In this document: positions 1 through 8,146 of the stretch, piece by piece | Layout of the letters: every line of letters begins with the position of its first letter | Position numbering within the stretch: position 1 is the stretch's first letter | From: Candidatus Uhrbacteria bacterium | Lineage (GTDB): Bacteria; Patescibacteriota; Patescibacteriia; UBA9934; GWF2-40-263 | Direction: 5' to 3' | Assembly (NCBI GenBank): GCA_026395055.1 | Contig: JAPLZK010000002.1 | Location: forward strand, 56,940 to 120,939 | DNA length: 64,000 nucleotides | Program-made: the position numbers and the translations under genes | The notes under the pieces: generated by a model | The model's input: the letters and a program-made list of their open reading frames with translations, nothing else | The model's database searches: none | What the model was told of the DNA's origin: nothing

Positions 1-33
1 ATCTGGATCCATCATCGAGGTTTCATCATCTTC

Positions 34-816
34 ATGTTCGGCGCGTTCCTTTTTTGCGCCTCAATCGTCCTTTTTTGCACGCACGGCGACAAGGTGCGTA
101 AGGCAGAAGATTACTGTGGTTGCTACGACTACGATCATGCGGAGGTGGAATGGTTTGGTGATGGCGTCACGTGCATCGGCAAGCGGACGTACGAAGAAGA
201 TCGCGCGCCGCTTTTCTGGGGCGGTGGCGATCGTCGTCACTCATTCAAACTCGATCCGAAGATTCGTACATCGCTCGAACAAGCGCGTGAGGATCATCGT
301 CGTGAAGTAAAGGACGCGATGAAGCGGGTAGAGCTCGAGCATATTCTGTGGACGCCGCTGTGGGTAATCATCGACACGAAGCTCGTGAACTGTGTGCCGT
401 CTCGGTTTAACCGCGATGGGACAACCGCCGAGCTCTCGTGTATGCAAGAGATCGACAAGCATATGGACTGCGACAACTTCACACCGGAATTCGAACCAGT
501 TTCGTCGGACTTCGGGTGCGACATGTACTTTCGGGCAAAGGCCTACGCGAGAGCTGGTGGTGTGAAGTTCAATGCGTCGACGGGACATATTGTTCCGACG
601 TTGGAGCAGGAGTTCCGGGAAGACTGTGTCATCCTTGAACTTACGAACAAAGGCATCCCGCTTCGTCGCATGTGCAAAATGACAACCGACAAACAAGAGG
701 GGACCGTGACTTCCTGCTCGGTTCGTCTTGAAGATAACTTCGAAGTGCATGCCGCGTACGACGTCCCATGCATCGACTTCGACAAAGCGCGAAAAGCACA
801 TCCGGCCAAGTCGTAG
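34..816 (+). CDS. Secreted Cys-rich protein, unknown function (260 aa)
   Basis: Long ORF with a hydrophobic N-terminus (MFGAFLFCASIVLFC) and 13 Cys. No family recognised. Overlapping antisense ORFs treated as shadows. Confidence 0.5.
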   Translation: MFGAFLFCASIVLFCTHGDKVRKAEDYCGCYDYDHAEVEWFGDGVTCIGKRTYEEDRAPLFWGGGDRRHSFKLDPKIRTSLEQAREDHRREVKDAMKRVELEHILWTPLWVIIDTKLVNCVPSRFNRDGTTAELSCMQEIDKHMDCDNFTPEFEPVSSDFGCDMYFRAKAYARAGGVKFNASTGHIVPTLEQEFREDCVILELTNKGIPLRRMCKMTTDKQEGTVTSCSVRLEDNFEVHAAYDVPCIDFDKARKAHPAKS

Positions 817-853
817 TCAATTCGACAACGTTCCTTTTCAAACTTGTTTGATA

Positions 854-919
854 CGACTCGGAACTCCGAATCGCATCGAACCTTTTCCTGAGCTATCGAT
901 AAGGTATCGAGCTCTCAGG
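854..919 (+). promoter_or_regulatory. Island junction unit (IJU), variant
   Basis: Short hairpin cgactcgga/tccgaatcg, then CCTTTTCCTGAGC-tatcgataaggtatcga-GCTCTCAGG long hairpin. Followed by RBS agagg and the ATG at 948. Confidence 0.6.
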
Positions 920-947
920 TTGAGATACTTGAATCAAAGAGGTGAAC

Positions 948-1277
948 ATGGAGTTTATCATCGATACACTCATGAAGATCATGATTGGTGCGTTCGTGAT
1001 TGGAACGTTCACGACGCTCATGTTCTTGTTCAGTTACGGTTCGTTCAAACACAAACTCATTCTAGTCATGATTGTCCTCTACGGGATGTACTTCGAGCAA
1101 TTTCTTTCGATTATGAGTATGACAAGTTGCATTCTCCTTTTTCACCATCTTTCCGAGATCCCACTTCTTGAAAGGAAAATACGCAGATTGCCTGAGCGAG
1201 GAGAAGAGATACCAGGGTTGCCGGAACCGCATCCGCTCGAACTCATCTTTACGGTGGGGGTAGATCGGATCGCGTGA
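948..1277 (+). CDS. Small membrane protein (109 aa)
   Basis: ATG 6 nt after the agaggtgaac RBS. Two or three hydrophobic segments (IMIGAFVIGTFTTLMFLF, LILVMIVLYGMYF). Confidence 0.45.
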   Translation: MEFIIDTLMKIMIGAFVIGTFTTLMFLFSYGSFKHKLILVMIVLYGMYFEQFLSIMSMTSCILLFHHLSEIPLLERKIRRLPERGEEIPGLPEPHPLELIFTVGVDRIA

Positions 1278-1313
1278 GGAATGACCCATTGATTCGTAAA
1301 CGAACTTTTTTCT

Positions 1314-1379
1314 CGACGAGAAATATTTCTCGTCGCTTTTCCAGAGATCGCAAGCGAGTGCTTGTAGGATCTGAGAAAA
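1314..1379 (+). promoter_or_regulatory. Island junction unit (IJU)
   Basis: CGACGAGAAA-ta-TTTCTCGTCG hairpin, CTTTTCCAGAGA, gatcgcaagc/gcttgtaggatc stem, TCTGAGAAAA, then GGAGG RBS. Confidence 0.7.
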
Positions 1380-1396
1380 TTTCAATGGAGGTGTGT

Positions 1397-1897
1397 ATGT
1401 TTCGTAAATTGGTTTTTCTATCCGTGTGTTTTCTTGTTGTGTCATGTCGTCAGGCTGAATTGCCGGTACCCATGGTCAAGCAGAAAAGTTCTGTGAAAGA
1501 AATGCCTCCAAAAGTTTCGGCTGAACAAACGTACTTGTGTGATGAAACTTACACGATCGATTTTGCCAAATCGAAAAGCACAAATGTGAGCGATATGTAT
1601 GCGTGTCAGACTTCGATGGGCACAAGATTGCTTCCGGCTCGATACGGTGCGGCAGAAGTCTTGTTTACGCCAATTGCGCCATCTGGAACTCGATTCACGT
1701 TTCAGATTTTGACTCATGGCACAAATGCTATTGCTGTCATGGTGCACGGCAAACAAACATCGGTTCACGAAAACTTCCTTACCGGATCTTGTGGAGTATT
1801 TTCTACGAGTGGAGGAGTTGTCGGAAGCGATTACGTCGTTCTCGATTCGACGGTAACCACTGATAAGGTGAGCGTTAGGATTACTTGTGCTCTTTAG
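1397..1897 (+). CDS. Putative lipoprotein (166 aa)
   Basis: GGAGG RBS 5 nt upstream. Signal peptide MFRKLVFLSVCFLVVSC with a lipobox-like VVSC. Confidence 0.5.
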   Translation: MFRKLVFLSVCFLVVSCRQAELPVPMVKQKSSVKEMPPKVSAEQTYLCDETYTIDFAKSKSTNVSDMYACQTSMGTRLLPARYGAAEVLFTPIAPSGTRFTFQILTHGTNAIAVMVHGKQTSVHENFLTGSCGVFSTSGGVVGSDYVVLDSTVTTDKVSVRITCAL

Positions 1898-1911
1898 GCA
1901 TCCGCTTTCTC

Positions 1912-1978
1912 GGCGATGATTCTCATCGCCGCTTTTCCAGAGACTCCCATCAACAGGTGATGGGGTGATCTGCGAAAG
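1912..1978 (+). promoter_or_regulatory. Island junction unit (IJU)
   Basis: GGCGATGA-ttc-TCATCGCC, GCTTTTCCAGAGA, CCCATCA/TGATGGG stem, TCTGCGAAAG, then ATAAGGAGG. Confidence 0.75.
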
Positions 1979-1992
1979 ATAAGGAGGAAGAT

Positions 1993-2400
1993 ATGCGAAC
2001 GTTTCGATTGAAGTGGAAGAAGGGCGATGCGGAAACTGTGACGGGTCTGTTTCTCTCGGATGCGTTGAGCAATGCCGGTTACGGTCGAGGCGCGACGGAC
2101 GAACTCGAGACGTATCAACAAGTGATTTATCTCGCCGTCTTCGATCCGAATTCCCGGATCACGCAGATCGAGGAATTTTCGGAAGGGGCTGACAAGAAGA
2201 TGAACTTCGAAGTCATCGTCGGCGCAACACGCGTTGGACGAAGTGTTCAACTCACGTTCGACAATGGCACCGTGAAACGCATCAATGTCGGCGAGCACGG
2301 GCAGTTGATTTCGGGAAACGGATCGGGCGATTGCGTTTGCGCAGCGTTCGATTTGTATCGCGAAGCGGAAGAATGGGAAGAGGAGCAGATGGCGGAGTAG
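1993..2400 (+). CDS. Hypothetical protein (135 aa)
   Basis: AAGGAGG RBS. ORF fills the gap between junction units. No family recognised. Confidence 0.5.
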   Translation: MRTFRLKWKKGDAETVTGLFLSDALSNAGYGRGATDELETYQQVIYLAVFDPNSRITQIEEFSEGADKKMNFEVIVGATRVGRSVQLTFDNGTVKRINVGEHGQLISGNGSGDCVCAAFDLYREAEEWEEEQMAE

Positions 2401-2456
2401 TGAGACGCATCTCGGAAATACCAAGGATGTAAATTATCGCCAACAGATAAGGAGAC

Positions 2457-2750
2457 ATGATGCTGATCTTTTCACCAAGATGGTGGCAGAGGCGAAAGGG
2501 GGAGCGAATGCTCGCTCGTATTATGGAAGAAGTGGAAAAGTGCAAGTGCACAAAGAGTTTGATCGAAAGACAACTCGCGTTTGCACGTACGCACGGAATC
2601 GAACAGCAGATCAAGGAATGCGGAGAGATGCTTGCATTTCTGGAAATACAACTGCGCTTCAAACAGTTGGAGTATTTGGTTGTGGTGCAAGAACAGCACG
2701 CGAAAGCAACAAAGGGAATTTCCAGCTTGATAAACGCGAATCTCAAATGA
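2457..2750 (+). CDS. Hypothetical helical protein (97 aa)
   Basis: AAGGAGA immediately upstream. Second gene of a cassette (no IJU upstream). Start uncertain. Confidence 0.4.
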   Translation: MMLIFSPRWWQRRKGERMLARIMEEVEKCKCTKSLIERQLAFARTHGIEQQIKECGEMLAFLEIQLRFKQLEYLVVVQEQHAKATKGISSLINANLK

Positions 2751-2764
2751 TCGATCTGCCTTGA

Positions 2765-2835
2765 GAATATCTAAAAATATTTCCCAGGGCCTTTTCCAGA
2801 GATCCCGATCGAAGTGATCGAGCGATCTGAGAAAG
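2765..2835 (+). promoter_or_regulatory. Island junction unit (IJU)
   Basis: Weak AT hairpin, CCTTTTCCAGAGA, gatcg-rich stem, TCTGAGAAAG. Confidence 0.6.
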
Positions 2836-2899
2836 CGACCACCCCCTAACCCACTCCTTGTGAAGGATGGGGGAGATGGGTTCATACATAGAGGTGAAC

Positions 2900-3202
2900 A
2901 TGTTCGATCTGTTCGATCGGTGTTTGATTGCCGGCATCGTGCTTGCGGTTGGGGGGCTCGTCTTTCTGCGCAAGCGCGAACGGTCGGAAGAAATTGCGGA
3001 ACAGAATGCAGAGCCGGTGATCGAAGTGGATCATCGCCCGAGCGCTACCATCATCGAATTTCCGATGCATCGCCGGCCAATGTACGATTCGCTCCCTGGC
3101 TTTGGCTGGGAGGAAGCGGAGGTCATTGATCTTGCGGAGTGGAAATTGCTGCGTCTGCAACGGATGTGGGCTCTGCAAAATTCGCGTGAAGCGATTCTGT
3201 AG
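2900..3202 (+). CDS. Small single-pass membrane protein (100 aa)
   Basis: RBS agaggtgaac identical to the one before 948. TM segment CLIAGIVLAVGGLVFL. The ORF track starts at 2867. Confidence 0.45.
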   Translation: MFDLFDRCLIAGIVLAVGGLVFLRKRERSEEIAEQNAEPVIEVDHRPSATIIEFPMHRRPMYDSLPGFGWEEAEVIDLAEWKLLRLQRMWALQNSREAIL

Positions 3203-3217
3203 TTTGTTCTTTTTCTC

Positions 3218-3276
3218 GGCGAGAATCTTCTCGCCCCTTTTCCAGAGAACATGAGCGCTGGGCTTGTGAACTCTGA
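3218..3276 (+). promoter_or_regulatory. Island junction unit (IJU)
   Basis: GGCGAGAA-tc-TTCTCGCC, CCTTTTCCAGAGA, catgagc/gcttgtg stem closed by CAGAG/CTCTG. Confidence 0.7.
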
Positions 3277-3320
3277 CATAGGTACGAACAGACGTTCGGA
3301 GTTTCCGGACCAGGAGAAAG

Positions 3321-3644
3321 ATGCGCGACATTTTCTGTACGTTGTTTCTGGTGGTGCTCGCCGCGTTCCTTGTGCTCTCGTCGCACGGACAGCAGTTCAC
3401 GATGACCATCGGTTCGCACACGCTCAGCATGGGCGTCCAGCACTCGACGGCCAAGCTCGAAGCGCGCGTGGCGGAACTCGAAGCGGCGCAAGCGGCACAG
3501 GTGGTCGAAGAAGATGGTGAAGAAGAAGGGGAAGACGTTGTGGGCGAAAATGAAAACGTCTGCGATGTGGAAACCACCTGCTGTGCATCGAGTGAAGTGC
3601 AGATGACTTGCGCGTTCAACGAGGACGCGGAAGAAGAAGGTTAA
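3321..3644 (+). CDS. Secreted acidic protein (107 aa)
   Basis: RBS aggaga. Signal-like N-terminus MRDIFCTLFLVVLAAFLVLSS. Glu-rich C-terminal half. Confidence 0.5.
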   Translation: MRDIFCTLFLVVLAAFLVLSSHGQQFTMTIGSHTLSMGVQHSTAKLEARVAELEAAQAAQVVEEDGEEEGEDVVGENENVCDVETTCCASSEVQMTCAFNEDAEEEG

Positions 3645-3689
3645 TCAAAAAACGCCCGCGAGAAATCTCGTCGGCAAGAAGGAGAAAAG

Positions 3690-4022
3690 ATGAATTGGAT
3701 CAAGAAGAATCTGTGTTGGGCTACGTGGATCGCAATGTACGCAGCATTCCTGTTCACTTACATCGTACCGGTTGTCGGCTTTGCTTTGCAGATCATGATT
3801 TGCGTCGCGTGTTTCGCTCTGGAAAAGGTTTGGATCGATCATTCGGTTCAGGATCCACTTTCGTTCTTCCGGCGTTGCCCCATGTTCAGTGCGGCATTCC
3901 CCAGTTTTTTCATCGGGATCGTGGAAGTGAAATTCCACACGCCCGGTCTGCTGACACGCATGCTTTTTTTGCTCTTCTGCCTGTGGGTGGACAAAAAGGC
4001 GTTGAGTCAGAAGGCTGCGTAA
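3690..4022 (+). CDS. Multi-pass membrane protein (110 aa)
   Basis: RBS aaggaga. Three hydrophobic segments. Confidence 0.5.
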   Translation: MNWIKKNLCWATWIAMYAAFLFTYIVPVVGFALQIMICVACFALEKVWIDHSVQDPLSFFRRCPMFSAAFPSFFIGIVEVKFHTPGLLTRMLFLLFCLWVDKKALSQKAA

Positions 4023-4033
4023 CGTTCTTTCCT

Positions 4034-4102
4034 GTTCGAGCACATGCTCGAACCTTTTCCAGAGACTCTCACCGAACGGTTCGGTGGGGTGCTCTGCGGG
4101 AG
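4034..4102 (+). promoter_or_regulatory. Island junction unit (IJU)
   Basis: GTTCGAGCA-ca-TGCTCGAAC, CTTTTCCAGAGA, CACCGAAC/GTTCGGTG stem, CTCTGCGGGAG, then ACAACAAGGAGAAC. Confidence 0.75.
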
Positions 4103-4120
4103 TACAACAAGGAGAACATT

Positions 4121-4465
4121 GTGCGACAAGTGGAACAATCTAATGGTGTTCGTTATTTCGCGTGCGTGCTCGGCGTGCTCGCGACGCTCATTCTCATGGG
4201 TTGCTGCGGTGGCAACAGTGGAAATGCTGCGTCGGCTCCGCTTGCGTACAAGGCGACGTCGTCGTGTTTCACGCCGGCGAATTTCCGGGAGTCCTCGATG
4301 CAGAATACTGATTACAGCCTGGAGCTGTGCGAATATTCCGTTGAGAAGGATGAACACTATGCTCGTACTTGTTTTGCGAGTCGTAACCCGAATTGGCAAA
4401 GTGCCACGACGTTCTCGGTCCCGTGTGCGGACTTTGACGCGATCAAGAAGATCACCGGAAATTAA
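4121..4465 (+). CDS. Putative lipoprotein (114 aa), GTG start
   Basis: AAGGAGA 5 nt before the GTG. Signal peptide with LILMGCC lipobox. Four further Cys. Confidence 0.45.
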   Translation: MRQVEQSNGVRYFACVLGVLATLILMGCCGGNSGNAASAPLAYKATSSCFTPANFRESSMQNTDYSLELCEYSVEKDEHYARTCFASRNPNWQSATTFSVPCADFDAIKKITGN

Positions 4466-4501
4466 ACGCCCGCCCGAGGTTGGGTCGGCACGGAGGTTTG
4501 C

Positions 4502-4843
4502 GTGAAGAATTTTGGAGCGTTCATTGGTGCAATCGGCGGCGCATCCGCGGCGGGTCTTTGGCATCATTTCAATCCGGATACAGGATTTGGTGTGCTCTTG
4601 CTCTGTTCGATGGTCGGCGGCGGCGTCGTGGCGATCATGTGGCTTGCCCTTGTGTATCACCTGAATATTCCACAGGTTCCAAAGCCGAGTCGTGCAGAGT
4701 TGTTCGAAGCAACGCGTGTGGAACTCGAACGTCAGATTGCGGAAGCGACGGAAGCGTGCGGGTCTGAACATGCGGATGCTGTGTACGACTTGCGCAAGGA
4801 GCTCAACGCGTTCAATTACCTGAGCGATCGCCTGAGCTTTTAG
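4502..4843 (+). CDS. Membrane protein (113 aa), GTG start
   Basis: GGAGG RBS. Gly/Ala-rich TM segments followed by a helical tail. Confidence 0.5.
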   Translation: MKNFGAFIGAIGGASAAGLWHHFNPDTGFGVLLLCSMVGGGVVAIMWLALVYHLNIPQVPKPSRAELFEATRVELERQIAEATEACGSEHADAVYDLRKELNAFNYLSDRLSF

Positions 4844-4854
4844 TTCTTTTTCTC

Positions 4855-4921
4855 GCCCGAGTTTCTTCGGGCCTTTTCCAGAGATCCTCACCGAACGGTT
4901 CGGTGGGGTGCTCTGAGGAAG
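4855..4921 (+). promoter_or_regulatory. Island junction unit (IJU)
   Basis: GCCCGA-gtttct-TCGGGC, CTTTTCCAGAGA. Same CACCGAAC/GTTCGGTG stem as at 4034. CTCTGAGGAAG. Confidence 0.75.
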
Positions 4922-4944
4922 TTTTACAACAGGAGAACATCCGA

Positions 4945-5526
4945 ATGGATTTCAAGTATACGTTCGACGGTCAGTTGACGGGTTGGAGATGGAAACTCGT
5001 TCTCATCGCGATCTTCGCCATCTTTGTGTACGAGGCGACGGGACAATCTCCTGCGCTTGCGTTCTTGGCGGTCGTGATTCCGGGAGTCATCCTCTTCTCG
5101 CGCATCAGCTTCAAAGCGAAGAGTGATCTGGGTGTGATCGATATCCGTCCGGACACGCCGACGAAATTTCGTTTGCATCTTCCGGAGGAATTGAGCGTAT
5201 CGATTCGGGCATCTGCATTCGTGGAGCCAGATCCGCGTCAAGATCGTATCGACGAACTCGAATCCGAATTGGAGGACGCGGACAGCGAACTCGAAGATGC
5301 GGATTCGGAATGGGAGGATGCAAAAAGCGAACTCGAAGATGCAGAATCGGAAGTGCGAGATGCACAAGATGAACTGCGTCGGGTCGAGGAAGAGCGCGGT
5401 TCACATTTGGTAAATGTTTCCGAATACGCATCGAAGCGTGCGGAAGCGCAGGCAAAGAAAGACAGAATCGAAGCGGAGCTTGCGAAAGCACGCGAGCCGA
5501 ATGCCGAGAATACGACCATCACCTGA
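4945..5526 (+). CDS. Membrane-anchored acidic coiled-coil repeat protein (193 aa)
   Basis: RBS caggagaac. Two TM segments, then the ELESELEDADSELEDADSEWEDAKSELEDAESE repeats. Confidence 0.5.
   Translation: MDFKYTFDGQLTGWRWKLVLIAIFAIFVYEATGQSPALAFLAVVIPGVILFSRISFKAKSDLGVIDIRPDTPTKFRLHLPEELSVSIRASAFVEPDPRQDRIDELESELEDADSELEDADSEWEDAKSELEDAESEVRDAQDELRRVEEERGSHLVNVSEYASKRAEAQAKKDRIEAELAKAREPNAENTTIT
5254..5375 (+). repeat. In-frame tandem ~24-bp repeats (SELEDAxx units)
   Basis: agcgaactcgaagatgc(g/a)ga(t/a)tcggaa recurs. Encodes an acidic heptad-like repeat. Confidence 0.6.
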
Positions 5527-5595
5527 TCTTGTTGATCGGGAGTGATGTACAACCAGCGTTTCTCAACAATCCCAATCGGGATGGAGGCAGTGTTC

Positions 5596-6081
5596 ATGAT
5601 TCCATTGCTCGTTTATCTCGTCGTCACGTTCTTCTTGAACCACATCGTCGCGCAAGTGAATCTGTCTCGCGTGGCGGAGCATCCGGTTCGGAAATCAGGT
5701 TTCTTGCTCGATGTTGCGACGTTCTGTGCGGTTCTTCTGCGCGTGCCGTTCTACCTGTTCGGCATCGTGGTCTACAGCCTGTGCTGTATCGGCACAATCA
5801 TCGCGGCAGCCGCGGATTTCATTCCGGAATACACCATGACACTTTGGATCTACGTGCTTGCCGATAACCTCGGCTACGCGTCCTATGCGTTTCGTGCGCT
5901 TCTCGTGAAGGAATTCCATTTCCTGCAGAGCTTTGCAGCAAGTTCGTGGGCCATCACCTACTACGATTTTCATCTCACCTACGATACACGAGTGTTCTCG
6001 TTTCTCGTGTCGCCGCAAAAGGGATATCGTTCGCACAGTATTGCGCCCGAGCTTGTTGCTCGGCGCAAAATCAACACCTAG
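5596..6081 (+). CDS. Multi-pass membrane protein (161 aa)
   Basis: ggagg lies 8 nt before this ATG (MIPLLVYLVV...). ORF track start 5542 is possible. At least 4 hydrophobic segments. Confidence 0.45.
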   Translation: MIPLLVYLVVTFFLNHIVAQVNLSRVAEHPVRKSGFLLDVATFCAVLLRVPFYLFGIVVYSLCCIGTIIAAAADFIPEYTMTLWIYVLADNLGYASYAFRALLVKEFHFLQSFAASSWAITYYDFHLTYDTRVFSFLVSPQKGYRSHSIAPELVARRKINT

Positions 6082-6097
6082 ACATAGGGAGTCTGTC

Positions 6098-6229
6098 ATG
6101 CAAGTGATGTATTTTCTCGGTAACGCAATGAATGTGGTGATCGTCGGTGGTCTCTTGGTTTCCGCCGTCGTCATTCCACGTGATCTACTGCGTGGCGCGT
6201 TCAGTCGCAGCGCGCAGCGCAAAGCGTAA
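6098..6229 (+). CDS. Small TM peptide (43 aa)
   Basis: gggag RBS 6 nt upstream. Single TM segment NVVIVGGLLVSAVVI. Short, so tentative. Confidence 0.3.
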   Translation: MQVMYFLGNAMNVVIVGGLLVSAVVIPRDLLRGAFSRSAQRKA

Positions 6230-6250
6230 TTCGACAACGTTCTTTCTCTT

Positions 6251-6316
6251 GGCGAGAATCTTCTCGCCTCTTTTCCAGAGACTCACATCGATGGATGATG
6301 TGGTGATCTGCGAAAG
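6251..6316 (+). promoter_or_regulatory. Island junction unit (IJU)
   Basis: GGCGAGAATCTTCTCGCC, TCTTTTCCAGAGA, CACATC/GATGTG stem, TCTGCGAAAG, then ATAAGGAGG. Confidence 0.75.
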
Positions 6317-6330
6317 ATAAGGAGGTTCCG

Positions 6331-6954
6331 ATGCGGGATTTGGAAGCGATGTATCTTGAACACTTGGCGTTCGTGCGTGCGAATCTTGCGCTGCTCGGCG
6401 TTGAGGATCCGGAAGTGATGATTGCGTTTCGTGTAACGGATCAACGGCATAAACAACCGGACCGAATGATTACGTTCGATCTTTCTCTCTCAGAAGCACT
6501 ACATCACGAAGTGTGTTGTGCATGGCGATCATTTTTCGCCCCGCGATGGCCGGAGGAAACGACTTACAAGCCTGAAGTGCAGATGAATGGGGAATTGTTC
6601 GGGTATCTTGATTCGTCAGGATTCCGTTACAAAGATCCGCCTTCGCTCAGGCTTGCCCTTGCGTGGATGATTGTTGCCAGGTGGGAAAATCCACCGTTTC
6701 TGTTTGATCTTGATAAGGCTGTGAGTGTTCTTGCTGCCGTAGTTGCCGAAGGTGTGACCGAAGAGATCTTTGTGATGAAGTGGCTTCCAGCCCTGAAACA
6801 CGTTTTCGCGTTGCAACCCGGGATGACTGTTCGGGATGGTTATCGATCGTCCGAGGTGTATCTCTGGCGTGTAGCAACAAAAGATGTGTACGGCGAATCA
6901 CACCCTGGGTATCCAGGACGTGTGGAGCCGTGTTATCTGTTGCGTGTTCTTTGA
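6331..6954 (+). CDS. Hypothetical cytoplasmic protein (207 aa)
   Basis: Strong RBS. No signal peptide. No family recognised. Confidence 0.5.
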   Translation: MRDLEAMYLEHLAFVRANLALLGVEDPEVMIAFRVTDQRHKQPDRMITFDLSLSEALHHEVCCAWRSFFAPRWPEETTYKPEVQMNGELFGYLDSSGFRYKDPPSLRLALAWMIVARWENPPFLFDLDKAVSVLAAVVAEGVTEEIFVMKWLPALKHVFALQPGMTVRDGYRSSEVYLWRVATKDVYGESHPGYPGRVEPCYLLRVL

Positions 6955-6961
6955 AGCGTTT

Positions 6962-7020
6962 GGCGAGAATCTTCTCGCCTCTTTTCCAGAGACAACAAAC
7001 AGGTTGTGGTCTCTCAGAAG
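6962..7020 (+). promoter_or_regulatory. Island junction unit (IJU)
   Basis: GGCGAGAATCTTCTCGCC, TCTTTTCCAGAGA, GAGACAAC/GTTGTGGTCTC stem, CTCAGAAG. Confidence 0.7.
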
Positions 7021-7073
7021 GTTACAGACAGCATCAGTTGCATGCGACCATCCGTCGTTTGCTTGGAGGAAGT

Positions 7074-7367
7074 ATGGCGTTACCGATCATTGGGTATCTC
7101 GCGCGTTCCGATTGGGAAGATCCCGAGGACAGCGTCGTTGTCGCGATCGAAGATTGCGCGGAACCACAAGTGTTCCGTGTGCTTGCCGCAGAATGGTGTG
7201 CGAAAGAAAACACTGTTCACGTTGTGACCAGGTGGATGCGCGGAAAAGCGCCGATCAAAGTTCGCCTTGGCGAATCCGCCGTTGACTCGATGGCGGAATG
7301 TAGTCTCAAGTTCTGTGCGACGGAAGCTCTGGCCATCGAATGGCTGGGGACACAGTCGCAGTCGTAG
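7074..7367 (+). CDS. Hypothetical protein (97 aa)
   Basis: tggagga RBS 4 nt before the ATG (MALPIIGY...). The longer ORF 6780-7367 overlaps the previous gene and the IJU. Confidence 0.45.
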   Translation: MALPIIGYLARSDWEDPEDSVVVAIEDCAEPQVFRVLAAEWCAKENTVHVVTRWMRGKAPIKVRLGESAVDSMAECSLKFCATEALAIEWLGTQSQS

Positions 7368-7388
7368 GTTGTTTATCGTTCCTTTCTT

Positions 7389-7455
7389 GGCGAGAATCTT
7401 CTCGCCCCTTTTTCAGAGATCAAGAGTGAATGGCATTTGTGGTTTCTGTCAGAAG
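7389..7455 (+). promoter_or_regulatory. Island junction unit (IJU), weaker stem
   Basis: GGCGAGAATCTTCTCGCC, CCTTTTTCAGAGA ... TTTCTGTCAGAAG. Confidence 0.6.
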
Positions 7456-7484
7456 TGTTTCGTTGTTTTGTACAGGAGGGAAAG

Positions 7485-7649
7485 ATGGCACTGTTGGCTT
7501 TCATTGCAGGATGTTTCGCGGGTTCGATCATGTTTGTCGTCGCATGCGGTCTCCTTGGATACCGGATGATGCGCTCGGTCATGAAGGGGCAGAAGCCTCG
7601 TCTCGATCGTCCCGACGTGAAATATACGTTTCCGAACAAAAAGGAATAA
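7485..7649 (+). CDS. Small TM protein (54 aa)
   Basis: AGGAGGG RBS. TM segment MALLAFIAGCFAGSIMFVVACGLLG. Confidence 0.4.
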   Translation: MALLAFIAGCFAGSIMFVVACGLLGYRMMRSVMKGQKPRLDRPDVKYTFPNKKE

Positions 7650-7651
7650 TC

Positions 7652-8020
7652 ATGTACGCACGAAATCAAAACGTGGCGGCATGGGTCGCTATCGTAAACG
7701 CAAACGGGTATCAAGAAGTTTGTCCCGTTTCGAAAACGCAAAATGTGTACGCGCAATTCTCTCCGGTGATCCTTCGCTGGAGTCGGGAAGGGGAAATCAT
7801 TCTCGAATTCGTGAACAAGCCGCGAGCGCGACCGTTCGACCCTGACGATGATCGCAAGAATGAAATCGTTCGCGTAAACATCGGCAACGGCGTGATCACG
7901 AAGCGTGACTCGGATTGGAATCCGATTCTGCGGTGTGTTCCATGCGCATCGCATGCGGAAGCAATCATCGAGGCCAAGCGATTGATGGAAGTCATGATGG
8001 ACTATCAGGCGGCGGCGTAA
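7652..8020 (+). CDS. Hypothetical protein (122 aa)
   Basis: Starts 2 nt after the previous stop. Followed by a strong terminator. Confidence 0.5.
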   Translation: MYARNQNVAAWVAIVNANGYQEVCPVSKTQNVYAQFSPVILRWSREGEIILEFVNKPRARPFDPDDDRKNEIVRVNIGNGVITKRDSDWNPILRCVPCASHAEAIIEAKRLMEVMMDYQAAA

Positions 8021-8031
8021 GGTTTTTTCTT

Positions 8032-8063
8032 GACCAGACTCGAATGAGTTTGGTCTTTTTTTT
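8032..8063 (+). terminator. Intrinsic terminator ending the small-ORF array
   Basis: gaccagact-cgaatg-agtttggtc hairpin followed by T8. Confidence 0.8.
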
Positions 8064-8071
8064 GATGATGG

Positions 8072-8115
8072 GCTCGAAACCTCCCCCAACCCCTCCTTTG
8101 CAGGAGGGGCTTTGG
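8072..8115. repeat. 44-bp inverted repeat, left arm
   Basis: gctcgaaacctcccccaacccctcctttgcaggaggggctttgg. A perfect reverse complement lies at 8536-8579. Contains the internal hairpin cccctcc/ggagggg. Confidence 0.95.
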
Positions 8116-8146
8116 GCGTAGATAAAAACACTCCGCGTGGGAGTGT

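Noticed and set aside
1912-1978. Junction units as hammerhead-type self-cleaving ribozymes (CUGANGA ... GAAA)
   Set aside because: CTGAGAAAG superficially merges the two hammerhead core boxes, but there is no stem II between them and no three-way junction.
4007-4891. 294-aa minus-strand ORF spanning two junction units and three plus-strand genes
   Set aside because: It crosses the conserved junction units in antisense, is Arg-rich, and has no RBS. The plus-strand genes each have SD sequences and signal peptides.
854-7455. Junction units interpreted as a CRISPR array or as integron attC sites
   Set aside because: The spacers are 130-1600 bp protein-coding genes of variable length, so this is not a CRISPR array. 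The units lack the R''/L''...L'/R' (RYYYAAC...GTTRRRY) attC architecture. No integrase or cas gene is present.
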